64,000 nucleotides of DNA from assembly GCA_023213395.1 (NCBI GenBank), contig CM041465.1, forward strand, positions 81,041,741 to 81,105,740, in the 5' to 3' direction. Under the pieces are notes generated by a model that ran no database searches, had not been told where the DNA came from, and saw only the letters and a list, made by a program, of their open reading frames with translations. The DNA is from Cycas panzhihuaensis. Lineage: Eukaryota > Plantae > Cycadophyta. A program made the position numbers and the translations under genes. Shown here in pieces: positions 36,401 to 47,800 of this stretch (the first letter of the stretch is position 1; each line of letters begins with the position of its first letter).

Positions 36401-39400
36401 CTGATGACCAAGCCGGTGATGACCAAAAGGCAAGTTGGGCATAAGGCCTACTAGATGCTCAAGCAGGGCTTCGTCATCCTCGAAATAATCCACCCCATGG
36501 ATGACCTTACTTCGAGTAGAAGAAGCGCTAGAGGGAGTAGGAGCAACGGGACCGTGATGACTGTCGGGTTGCTCAACTTCCTCGTGGAAATCTGAAGGAA
36601 AACCAAGAAGAGGCTCCTCGGAAGGAGTGAAAGGCAATTCTTCAAAGCCATTACCTACCGGGGGTAATGACAAAGAAGAACTGGCGACAGGCGGGTCAAC
36701 ACGAGTGATGACGTGTGACACGCACGAGTGGCTAGTCTCACCTATGAAAAAGGTTCTAGATGGGGATCTAGAACAGGCGGTCATGACCCTCTTGGGCGGA
36801 GGAAAGAGACGGGCTGAAGACAATCCTCATCTTCATCGAGTGACTCATCATCACTAAACGAAGCAAGGTACCCATAACTCCCAACGCCAATATTGGCGAA
36901 TCACGTGAGACTAGGGGGAGAAGACGCGGGGTCTTCTTCAGACGGATTAGGTATACCAATAGAGTAAGTCGAGCCATGGGTAGATGAACCTTGGTTTGCC
37001 GAACTAGTGGAACGAGTTTGTTTGGTAAAAGGGCGTTCGCGGGGAATCACTCTCATTCGTCCGTCATGGAAGAATTTAAGTTGTCCCCAAAGAGTCGAGC
37101 ACACGGCTCCCATTTGGTCGAGCCATGGATGACCTAGAAGGAGGTTGTAATCCACATCAACGTCGAGGACTACAACATCGGCAAGAATGGTCTTGCCCTC
37201 AAGGGTAAGCAGAATCGCGACAGATCCCAAAGGGGTCTTCTCGCTACCGTCATAGCCTTGTCATCGCCAAGGAACTGGTTCCAAGGCGGAGATACCAAGC
37301 TCTTGCATGACACACAAGGGCATGGCACTGACAGAAGAACCGTTGTTGACAATAGTCCTTCGAAGAGTGCAATCGGGCGTATCGATGGTGATGGTGAATG
37401 GGAAGTTCCACTGGCGTTCCCTTTCACCGGCAGGAGGAAGATCCTTAGGATCAAAGGAAATAACGGGTCCACTACCTTGGGTGACACCCAAAGCGTGGAC
37501 AGGCGCATCACTTGACCCTAAAGCTTCCAGGAGGAGGGCCCACTGCTCGGGGTAACTCCTTAGAACGTCCATCAAGGACATCCCTGCAGCAACCGTATGA
37601 AGCTTGTCAACGACGAAGAAGGGCATACCCTTCCTGGTAGGTTGGGTAAGTGCCCTTCAGAAATCGTAACGACCTGGGCATACAGGAATAGCCTTAGGGA
37701 AGAGAGGGACTTCCGAAGGAAGGGTCTCCGGAAGAGGGTCGGAAGGAGCGGAAGAACAAGAAGCTCCTGCCGCTTCCTTAGCGGCTTGAGATCACATAAG
37801 GGCAAAAGTGGGAGTTGCTTCAAGCAACTGGATCACCTTCTTCCCCCTGTTCCGGGGTCGTGAAGCCGATGGGGTGCGACGGCTAGGAGAACGAGAAGAG
37901 GAAGATGAGTTCCGAGCGCCCTTCCCTTTGTCGCGGGAAGGACGGGGATCGAGCAATCTTCCTCGGTTTCGGTTGTTCTTGGTTTGGGTATTGCGATCGC
38001 GTTGCCCGTGTTTAGGGAACGGATCCTTATGAACTAGTTGATCCAAATTAGGCCTTGAGGCCCGTTTGGGAGAAGAATCGCGTCGAGGGGCATCCTTTGG
38101 ATGCTGGACCCTACAACACGAATCGTCGTGGAAGTAATCCCCATGAATGGAGCACCACTTCTTCTCAAGCAGAGGGTCAGACCTTCTCGCTTGAGAGGAC
38201 TGGGCGTTTCCATTCCTGGGAAGAGGAGCTTGGGTAGTTTGTTGGACTTGTTTGTTTGATGTAGGGGATGAAGGAGCTTGGAGCTTGAGTTTCTTCATCG
38301 TATGCTCAAATGAGCGTATGGCTGCTGTGAGAGGGTCAAGAGTCCTCTCGGTAGGATGAGAGGAAGACTGCGTCAGTTGGGAAGGGTTGGTATCCTTGGT
38401 AGGGGATGGTGCCTCACGGCGTTGTGAGGGCTTGAGAGGTTTCTTGAGACCAGCTTGGATCTCAATAGCCTCCAACGCCAAACACTTAGCGATCGCGGAG
38501 TCACATGTAGTCCCCCCCATCTTGAGGACTTCTACGTAGACTTCGGGACGAAGTGCATTGACGAAAAGGTCTCGCTTCAGCTCCTCGGGCAATGTTACCT
38601 TAGTGGAGTGAAGCAAGTCGTGGAATCGCCGCACAAAGTCACGATTCATCTCGTCGTGACCTTGTTTGAGCGAAAGAAGGGATTTCATTCCGCTCTCGAA
38701 TGGACGAGCTACATCAAAATAGTTGATGAACTCGTCCACCAATTGCTGGAATGAATGGATTGAGTGGGCAGGGAGACGGTAGAACCATTTGAGGGCGTCG
38801 CCCTACAAGGATCGCAGGAACAATTTCATCAAAATATGGTCGTAAGCCCAATAATTGATGCATGCCATAGAAAAACTACGAACATGCTCCACCGAGTCTT
38901 GCGACGAAGTCCCATCGAATCTAGGAACTTCAGGGGGATGAGGCGGCAAGTTGGTTCGTAACGCCTCAACTGAAAGAGGAGTTGACCTAAAGTCCATGAA
39001 GGGATGCGCCCTTGCCTGGACCATAGGATCAACGAATGTCGAAGTAGGTAACGCGCAAGGAGCGGATGGGGGTGGGACACCCATCCCTCCTTGAGGAAGC
39101 GCCTCACGAAAAGAGGCATGGGGGTAGGTGCCTTGGAAGGGAGTCGGGTTCCCTTGCGAGAGCTGTGGATGGAATTGCGTTGGAAGATGGGCAAGAGGGA
39201 TGCGAAACCGGGTTTTGCCCATATGGGCCACCCGTAGGTGGAGCGACCCCATATGGGTGTAGTGGATCCACCCCATAAATGGGAAGACGGCTTCCTCTAC
39301 CCTGCCCCCAAGGTTGAGAAGTATACCCTAGGGGAACGTAGAAGGAAGCACCAACGTGCTAGGTTGGAGGATACGTGGGAGCGGGTCCCACATAACTAGT

Positions 39401-40159
39401 GATTGGAAGGCTAGTAGGACCGACAGGCCTATTAGGAACGATATGTGCCACGTTAGGGGATGGCACATTGGTTTGGTTAGGAATGGGTATGCTAACCTTC
39501 AGTGGAGGGAAGGACACACCATGAGAAGATCCTAAGGCATTAGGACCTTGATGAGGAATGAAAGGTGCAACACGTGCCCCCACTGTAGAAATAGGAAATG
39601 AGTAGGGTGCACGTGTAGGCACGAAGGTATTTGTTGTCAATGGAAGAGTGGATGAGGATGAAGCATGAGGGGGAGGAGTGGAAGAGGAAGAGGGTCCTCC
39701 ACGAATGGCATTCTTAATCCATCCAAGACGCGGTTGCAAGCGTGTCGCGCGGTGACACTCGTTGAGAGCTTTAACTACATCAACAGGAGGAGTCCCTACA
39801 TACTCGTAAGAGGTGATTGGAACCTCGAACAAAGTAGGTTCCTCGGAATGTTCCTCATAAGAGTCGCCAACTACGTGGCAAGCCTCGAGAGGAACGGATC
39901 CTTCCACGGCATGGGTAGAAGGATGGGCATCAAGTGAAAGGTGTTGGTCATTTGGGTAATAAAGGGGGTCGTCACCCTCTTGGGTGGACCTGGGAATAGC
40001 AGAAGAAAAGGCATGGGTTTCCAATGTTGAAGTGTGGTAGGTCCAATCAGAAGAGTATCCCTCCATAGTCGGATCGGAATCCGACGAAGCAAGAAGGTGA
40101 TACTCGGGGTCTTCTAACAACGGAGGTAGACCGCGCAACCGACGAGAAAAACATCGCAT
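33490..40159 (-). pseudogene. gag-pol polyprotein of C, split by several stops and frameshifts
   Basis: ATG at 40159 and a Pro-rich N-terminus. Retrotrans_gag in 38803-39276 and 37792-38742, with a CHHC knuckle WCSIHGDYFHDDSCC. Protease TIVNNGSS (catalytic D->N). RT at 35471-36300 (MPFGLKNAGATYQR, FMDD). RNase H LNYSPAEKECL. Integrase HHCC plus WGLDLIG, ITDNG and GQVESFN; C-terminal WVGPF. Confidence 0.96.
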
Positions 40160-40314
40160 GCAAGGTCAACCGACGATGTTAGGAAAAGAGAAAGAGCGGT
40201 AAAACACACGCGTTGGGGGCTGCCCAATGTGGAGGTTGAGGTAGATATAAAAAGGATCACACAAGAGTAGCGAAACCAACCGAAGAGAGCGAAAACTAGC
40301 TCCCTTACTGGTAG

Positions 40315-40332
40315 TCCCCAGTATGGTCGCCA
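40315..40332 (-). promoter_or_regulatory. PBS of element C, complementary to a tRNA-Arg-type 3' end
   Basis: TGGCGACCATACTGGGGA, 1 nt after the LTR end; close to the Ogre/Tat tRNA-Arg PBS TGGCGACTCCACTGGGGA. Confidence 0.85.
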
Positions 40333-40333
40333 G

Positions 40334-42925
40334 TGGACGCACTGCTACGGGATAACTACCTAACTGATAGGTGTGGGGGAGAGTGAGTGGTGAAATAATA
40401 AAAGGTGGAACCTAAAACGTGAGTAACTATCACGCAGAGTGCCTCGTGCGCCGGAGCGCAAGTTCAGGATCTGCAATGGAGTATGGCTACTATCAGGTGA
40501 CCCTTCACCGCTTCGAGCAAGGGGTGAAGATGCGTAGGGCTAACTTGGGTTGACCTAGAGGCAGGACCCTCCCACCCTTGGGTGGCCAGAAGAGGGAAGA
40601 GGAAATCCAAAGGGAAAGAGTCAAGAGTAAGCCTACACAACCTAACCTGCACACGAGTGATGCGAGAGGCAAGGCACTTGTGTGGTTGAGGAGAAGAGGA
40701 GAAAGGTGGAGAAAGAGAGTTCCTACAACCTTTCCTATAGACGGTAAAAGTAAAAATATATATAACAAAATAAATGAAATGCAACCAGACACGAAACTAA
40801 AATTTCCCCTTTTATCTTCTAATGTGCTAATTACTACAGGAAAAATAAAAGGCAAAAAGGAGGTAGCAAAGTGGAGCGAAACGTGCACCTGGGCCGAGGA
40901 CGTGCATGACGAAGAAGCCTTCTCGAGGAGCACCAAACCGTTCCATGCGGTGCGTTGGATGCAAGTTGTTGCAGCGGGTAGAAAAAGGGGGCTTCCTTAC
41001 CTTCCCCGGAAAATCAAATGCGGTGCCAAGAAAGAAAGGAAGCACTAACTAATAAGTGAAACTACACGAAAATATAACAAATACAAAGGTACTTACCGGT
41101 AACGAGGCTAACAGGCGATATCCTCCATGCTCCCCCGAATACCTGCAAGCAAAGGCGGTCTCTCCCTTCCCAGAGGAAGAACACTAACATGCAACACAAA
41201 GTTCTAACAATATATGCTCAAGTAATGTAAATATAAACCTAAACACATACGCGTTAGTGCGAATCCAACAAAGAAAGTACCCAAGAAAGAATGACCAAGG
41301 CGAAAGCAAACGATCGGTAAGCCTTAGAGTGGCCTACCTCCCGCAAATGGTGCCCTAACCTCCCCTCAAGAGCCACGAGGCAGCGAGGATAAAGTCAAGA
41401 GCAACGGCTGGAAAATAGCAGCAAAAAGGGCAAGGAGAGGCCTAAGAAAACCCACGGCGAACCGGGATGCTATGAGGAGCAAACCGGGTGACCGGGAAGG
41501 AAGGTGAAGCGAAAAACCAACGGTTGGGACTTATGAGTCATGACCAAACTGCCCAAAAGGTTCAGCTGCAACTTGTGGATGTATTTGGTTTGCGACAAAA
41601 GGAAGCCTTCAAACCCTTATTTGCAAGCCAAGGGCAGCACAGGGCGAGAGGGAGGCTTTGGAGGGTTTAGAGCCGCTTAGGAAGCGTGGAAGGTGGTACG
41701 GAATCCACCCAGCTCCTCTCCAAAACCTATGCCACCCCTCAACGCCGATGCCTTGAGCAGCAAATGCAGGTAAGAAGACACAGAAAGAGTGGTATAACAG
41801 TCCTCAAAAGGGAGGAAAACCAACTTACAAGATTGAAGTCAAGCAAAGAGCAAGCTAGACTGAGCATGAATATCATAACAAACAATGTAAAACCAAGAGT
41901 ACCTGAGTAGGGGAGGCAAGGAGTCTGCCTCAGCCAAAGGACAGCGAGGAGGGGCTGAGAAATCAGCCCAGATCTGAAGCACAGCAGGTTTGAGACCCTG
42001 CTAAGGAGATGTGAGAGGAAACACCTGCACTTGGGAGCACTTATGGACTGCCTGAGCAAAGATCAACTGGAAAACACTCCAAAGAGGCCCTCTCCAAGGT
42101 GTTTGAGGGGCTGGGAGAATGTCTCAGCCACACCAAAGGAGAGTCTTTGGAGGAGGGGCGTCAGTCGAGCAGTGGTAACGAGCAGAGAGAAGAGCAGAGT
42201 AGGATGATGTTTCCTTGAGAGCAATTCCAAAAGTGAGCCAAAGAACCCTTGAAAATGAGCCCAAAAGGGCTTAAGTAGTCAATCAAAACCCTAAAGCGAG
42301 CGATTAGGGAGCGGCTGGAAGAGAAATAAGGCACGAGCCACGTGACCGTTTTGCAATAAATGCGAAATTGCCATGGCGGATTTTTAAGAACAATCTGAGA
42401 TAAAATGCAGGTAGTGAATTTTGCAGATGCGGATATTCAAGCAGATCTGCGAAAAATCTAGCTATACGTACCTAGAGCCAAAAATGGGCCCCACCAGCCA
42501 GTCTAGGCTGGGGCAGATGACCGAAAGGGCAAAAAGGGGATTAGAACACCTACCCAGGGGTACACAAGCCAACAAACGGGTCCAAGGGAGTAAAAATAGG
42601 ACTCAAATGGGGTGGCAAGTTAACCAAGTGATGATGAGTCATCACACGGGCAGAGGTGGCGCAAACCTAGTGGATCCTAAGGCGAGGAGGGTAGATGCGG
42701 GAAGTAACATGGTCACCAGGGTGCCACACTCGCTAGGAGTGTGGCCCTGCTATAGTCGTCATAGGCTAAAAATAAGTGTGGACAATGGCAAGGTCACCCA
42801 CAAAGCCACATACAAGCAGACATGCAAGCAAATACTCATCAAAAGAAAGAGATGACAATGCGAGAAACATACCTGCACTTACCTGAGTCAGTGATTCCAT
42901 ATCCATTCCCGGGAGCCGGGAAACA
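40334..42925 (-). repeat. 5' LTR of element C (2592 bp)
   Basis: TGTTTCC...GCGTCCA on the minus strand, followed by the PBS. Confidence 0.96.
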
Positions 42926-43393
42926 GGGGCCAATCTATGGCCTAATGAATCCTTTGTATAGGATTCTATTAGCCCTCCCTCTTCAAGGATGCTTATGCCT
43001 ATGCATAATGATGCTAAAAATTCCAAGAGCATTCCAACATAATATACCATCCCTCTAAGGTATGGGATTCTATTGGCTCTCTCTCTTTAAGGATACTTGT
43101 GCTTATGTACAATGATGCTGAAAATTCCAAGAGCATTATAGCATGATATTCCATTCTCTTGATGGGGTTTTGACCTCATTGGGGCCATCACACCTCTTTC
43201 CTCAGTTCAACATAAGTTTATTCTGATGGCCATAGAATATTTTACTATATAGGCTAAGGCAATCCTCCTATCTTCCATGATAGGAAAAATAATCCCTATG
43301 TTCATTTTTTTATCATATTATTTGTAGGTTTGGGGTCCTTAATATCCTTGTCACTGACAATAGAATCCAATTCTATAACAAGGAGATGAATGA
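42926..43393 (+). pseudogene. continuation of the element B integrase
   Basis: GQSMA..IL..GFY.PSLFKDAYAYA, WGFDLIGAITP, HKFILMAIEYFT, LVTDNRIQFYNKEMN. Contains a 104-bp tandem duplication at 42956-43160. Confidence 0.9.
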
Positions 43394-44840
43394 TGTTTCC
43401 TGGCTTCTAAGAATGGCATGGATGTGGTGACATATAAGTAAGTATAGTTATGCATCTCTATCCCTTTTATATTACATAAATCTTTCATTGTTATGATTTT
43501 ATGATGTATTTTTAGATAGAGAATATGTGTCTATCTACTTTCTTAGTTCGCTTGTCTGCCCCCCTCTTATTGATGGTGATTAGGACTTTAGTCTATGGCT
43601 TTGATATCTCTCTGTCATAGTCCATTGGTTGGAAAAGGAACCTCCTAATCCTCTTACAACTCATTTCCTTATTGATTATTGACTTATTTTTACCTTTTTA
43701 TCCTTGTTTTCAATTTTTGTCACTTTGTGTTTATTGATTTCCACCTTTAAGATTGGTCATTTATGAGTTTACTTGGTTAAATAGTGAAAATCAATGAAAA
43801 ATAGATTTTATGCTTGTACTATTGTGAATTCTGCTAATTCTACCTATACCACTATGAATGCTACCAATTCTAACTATACCATAGATATATTTATAGTACT
43901 ACAAATATATTTGTACTACCACAAATATATTTGTGGTACCATAAATTTCTTAGTTATATGACTATTACAAAGTTAACCTACAGACTTAAATGTTTAGTCA
44001 ACTTATTTATGGTATTTTTGTCAGACCTAGTAGGTCGTGTCAACCTTAGGTCATCAAGCCACGATCTTAAGAGGTTGAATGTGCCTCCAACAATTCTTTT
44101 TTTGACTTTTTTTTTTTTAAGAATTTAGCTCTTAAACCATGAGATGACTTATGGTTTTGAGTGGAAGTTTTTCCATATTATGGGCATAAAATCACCACCC
44201 TCTCCTTTTGGAAGTTTCTATAAAACCCCTCCAATTTTTAGGGGTAAGGAGGACACTCTCACTTTTTAACCATAATGAAATGCTACCCAAATTTCTACTC
44301 AAACTCAATTAAGTTTCAAGGAATCACAAGCTACCATTTAGGGTATACTTTAGAGGAGTTACCACCAATAGAATCAAGGGAGCTTTGAAGAGATTTCTTT
44401 CACAAGCCATTGCCTTCATACTTTCTCCAAAAACTTGGGTAACCCCTATACATTGCTTCATTATGGTGGATTTCTCCTCTTCTTCTTCTTCCCCTTACCT
44501 ATGCCATGTTGCATGAAGTTGGGGCTATGGCAAATTAGTGATTACTTAATTTCATACTATTTTTTTGGTTTAGAATGATAGGATTTAGATGCATGCATGT
44601 TCTTACCCCCATCCTCTCCCTATTGCTTGAGTTATAGGATTTTAGGGAGGTTCACTTAGTACAACTTAAAAAATCACCTATATTTTGAGTAGACTAGTGC
44701 CATCCTAAGGCACCTCCCTCTCCCTATGTCCTTGTCTTCATCTCATTTCTTCTTTTTTGTGATGAATGGTCAAGCTTGAATATTGCATGCTTTGTTAGTT
44801 TCTTTTATCAATGATAGAATTGTAAATTTGGTTATTATTA
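43394..44840 (+). repeat. 5' part of a further Tat-family LTR (related to the A LTR) inserted in B integrase; 3'-truncated, right end approximate
   Basis: Begins precisely with TGTTTCCTGGCTTCTAAGAATGGCA. Collinear with the A LTR at 17343-18700 (CCATTGGTT.GAAA.GGAACC, CACCACCCTC, TATAAAACCCCTC, TTAGTACAAC, GGCACCTC). Confidence 0.82.
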
Positions 44841-44849
44841 AAAGTCACT

Positions 44850-47800
44850 AACTTGCATTCTCTTGTGTAACAACCTTTTGCAAGTCTACCTTGTTGGAAT
44901 TAACCATTTCTCTTACAATATGGAAATACACATTGATATACTTCAATCTAGTATAAAATGTGGGATTCTTTTCTAGATAGATTACACTTTAACTATCACA
45001 ATCTATCCTCATAAATTCTTGATTGAAGCCAACATTTATGTATGACCTTTGTAACCAAATTGCTTCCTTACATATATAAGTAACTACTATATACTTTATT
45101 TCTATGCTTGAAAGTGCAACAACTTCTTATCTTTTGATCATCCAATTGATTGTATACCACAAAGGGTAAACATATACTCACTTATAGATATTCTACTGTC
45201 AAGATCTCCCACCCAATTAGCATCAATAAATCCTTTTAGATCTACTATTCTACTCTCTATGGGAACTTCTTATTAGCAAATTCTATAGTTTGATGTACCT
45301 TGTAAATACTTAAAAATCCTTTTCATAACACCCTAATGCTCACTACCTAGGTTTGATATGTATATGCTAACAACACCCACCACATAGGTAATGTCTAGTT
45401 GAGTACTAACCATTACATACATCAGACTTCTAAGTACACTTGAATATGAGACAAAGTCCATGTCCTCAACATCTTAGTAAGTATTTAAGTATTACTCAAC
45501 TGAAAGTTTAAAACCATTAGGTAAAGGAACATTGATTATACTATAGTCTTGTATTGAACTGCTATAATATCATTTTAATATATCATCTTTGACTAAGCCA
45601 AATCTTTCTCTTTTTCTTATCTCTCTCAATTTCAATATTCAAAATATAATATGTAGCACTAAGGTCCTTCATCTCAAAATGAGATGCCAATTAAGCTTTC
45701 ACAAGTTGGTTTATGTCTTCATTATTACTTATTAATAATATATCAATAACATATAAAACCAAGATAATAAAGTAATCACCAACCTATTTAAAATAGGTGC
45801 AAAAATCAACCTCAGTATGCACAAAGTCATCTACCACCATGTGTGAGTCAAATTTTTAGTACTACATCCTCGATGTTTATTTCAAGCTATATATTGACTT
45901 CTTTAACTTATATACTATATTGTCCTTACCTGTAACTTAAAAACCTTTAGGATGTAATATATAAATTTCTTCCTCAAGGTCATTATAAAGAAAAATTATC
46001 TTCATATCCATTTGATCCACCTCAAGATTACAAGAAGCTACTACAATAAATAGAAATATGATTGAAGCTAACTTTGAAATAGGATAAAAAAAACTCATCA
46101 AAATCTCTTTCCTTTACTTGGAAATAACCCTTTTCTACCAAATGGGCCTTGTAGTTTTCCACAATGCCATCTACTTAGAACCTCTTCTTGAAGATCCATT
46201 TATTATCAATAAGTTTATTATTATTTGGTAGACTCGCCATGTCCTATGTTTTATTCTTTTCTAATGCTATTGTTTCTTCTTTTATGTTCTTCTTCTAGAG
46301 TTGGCTATTTTTTTACTTTAGAGCCTCTTGAATAGTACATTGATTTACACTTATAATAGCTAAAATAACTAAGTAATAAAAGTCTTTAGAAATATACTTG
46401 ATAGGATTTTTTTTCTTATGACTTGATCTCCTTAAGATGGGGGGTTCTTGAGGTTGGGTCACCTCCTCAGTTAGTTCATCCTCTTCAAATGACTTATATT
46501 CTAATGTAGAATTTTCATCTCTTATGTCAAACTACACCTTCTTAAAATCTTCCTCCTTTGGTTCTTCATCTTACTTTAGAGACTTAAACTCTTATTTAAA
46601 GATAACATCATAACTATATACAACTTTTTATGATTCTAGATTATAAAGCTTATACCCTTTTATTATATCACCATAGCCTATAAAAATATACTTTTGTGCT
46701 TTAAAATTAAGTTATATCCTCTATAGGCTAGGAATATGCATAAAAACATCACAACCAAACAAGACCAAAATATGGTTTCTTATCATACCTCACTTTTTCA
46801 GGCATTTTATTCACCAAAATAGTCATCAATGATCTGTTTGTCAAGTAGCTCACAGTTATCATAGCCTCAACCTGAAATTTCTTCTCTAAACCAATAGTAT
46901 TGAGCATACTCAATAATCTTTCTAGTAAGGTCTTCTTCATCCTTTTAGTAACTCCATTCTATTATAGTTTATAAGGAGTTGTCTTCTGCCTTGCTATTCC
47001 ACACTACTTATAGAATTACTTAAATTCATTTAAGAACAACTCACCTCTATTATCAATTCTTAGTACCTTGATCCTCTTATCAATTTGATGTTTGACCAAG
47101 GCCTTGAATTCTTTGAATTTGCTAAAAAACTCAAATTTTTACTTGAGAAAGTATAACCATGTCTTTGTTAAGAAATTATCAATGAATGAAACAAAATACT
47201 TAGATCCACCTATAGAGGGTACATTAGTAGACCCAAAAACATCATTGTACACTAGTTATAGAATACCCTTCTCTCTCATTGAATTAGAAGGAAAGCTTAT
47301 ACGGTTCTATTTTCCATGAACATAATGCTTATAAAAATTAAAATCAAAAGAGCTATGAATACTAAAGATATCTTTAGCCATACTTTTAGAGAGCAAATTA
47401 TTGAGGCCTTTTTCTCTAATGTGACCCAATCTTTTATGCCATAACATAGTCTTATTAGTTAGTAACACTTGGGTATCACCTATATTACTACTATATTATG
47501 TAACAACTAGACTGCACCTATCAACACTCACTATGCTAGCATCAAGCTTATACAACATTCTATATCAGACCCCTCTTACTAATACCAATGCTCCTCAAAC
47601 TATTTTACAATTATCTTTACTGAAAGTTACTTCAATTCTTGTGTCATCTAATTGATTGATAAATAAAAGGCTCATAGTTAAACCTAGGATATGACTTATA
47701 TTAAGGATAGTTTTAACCCTTTGATTCCCAAACTAAACCTTCACCCTTCTATAGCCCATAATTTTATATGGGTAATAGTCCCTAAGGAATACTTTGCCTC

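Larger units (their letters stand above)
26331..42925 (-). mobile_element. Young full-length Ty3/gypsy Tat-like element C (16.6 kb) with 3' accessory PMD and archaeal-type RNase H genes
   Basis: LTRs at 40334-42925 and 26331-28906. TSD GGGGC at 26326-26330 and 42926-42930. B integrase coding resumes exactly across the insertion (..HF.G|QSMA..). PBS present; gag-pol nearly intact. Confidence 0.97.

Noticed and set aside
33490-40159. Many plus-strand and alternative-frame ORFs (e.g. 34370-34954, 36065-36454)
   Set aside because: Shadow ORFs of the GC-rich gag-pol with no recognisable motifs.
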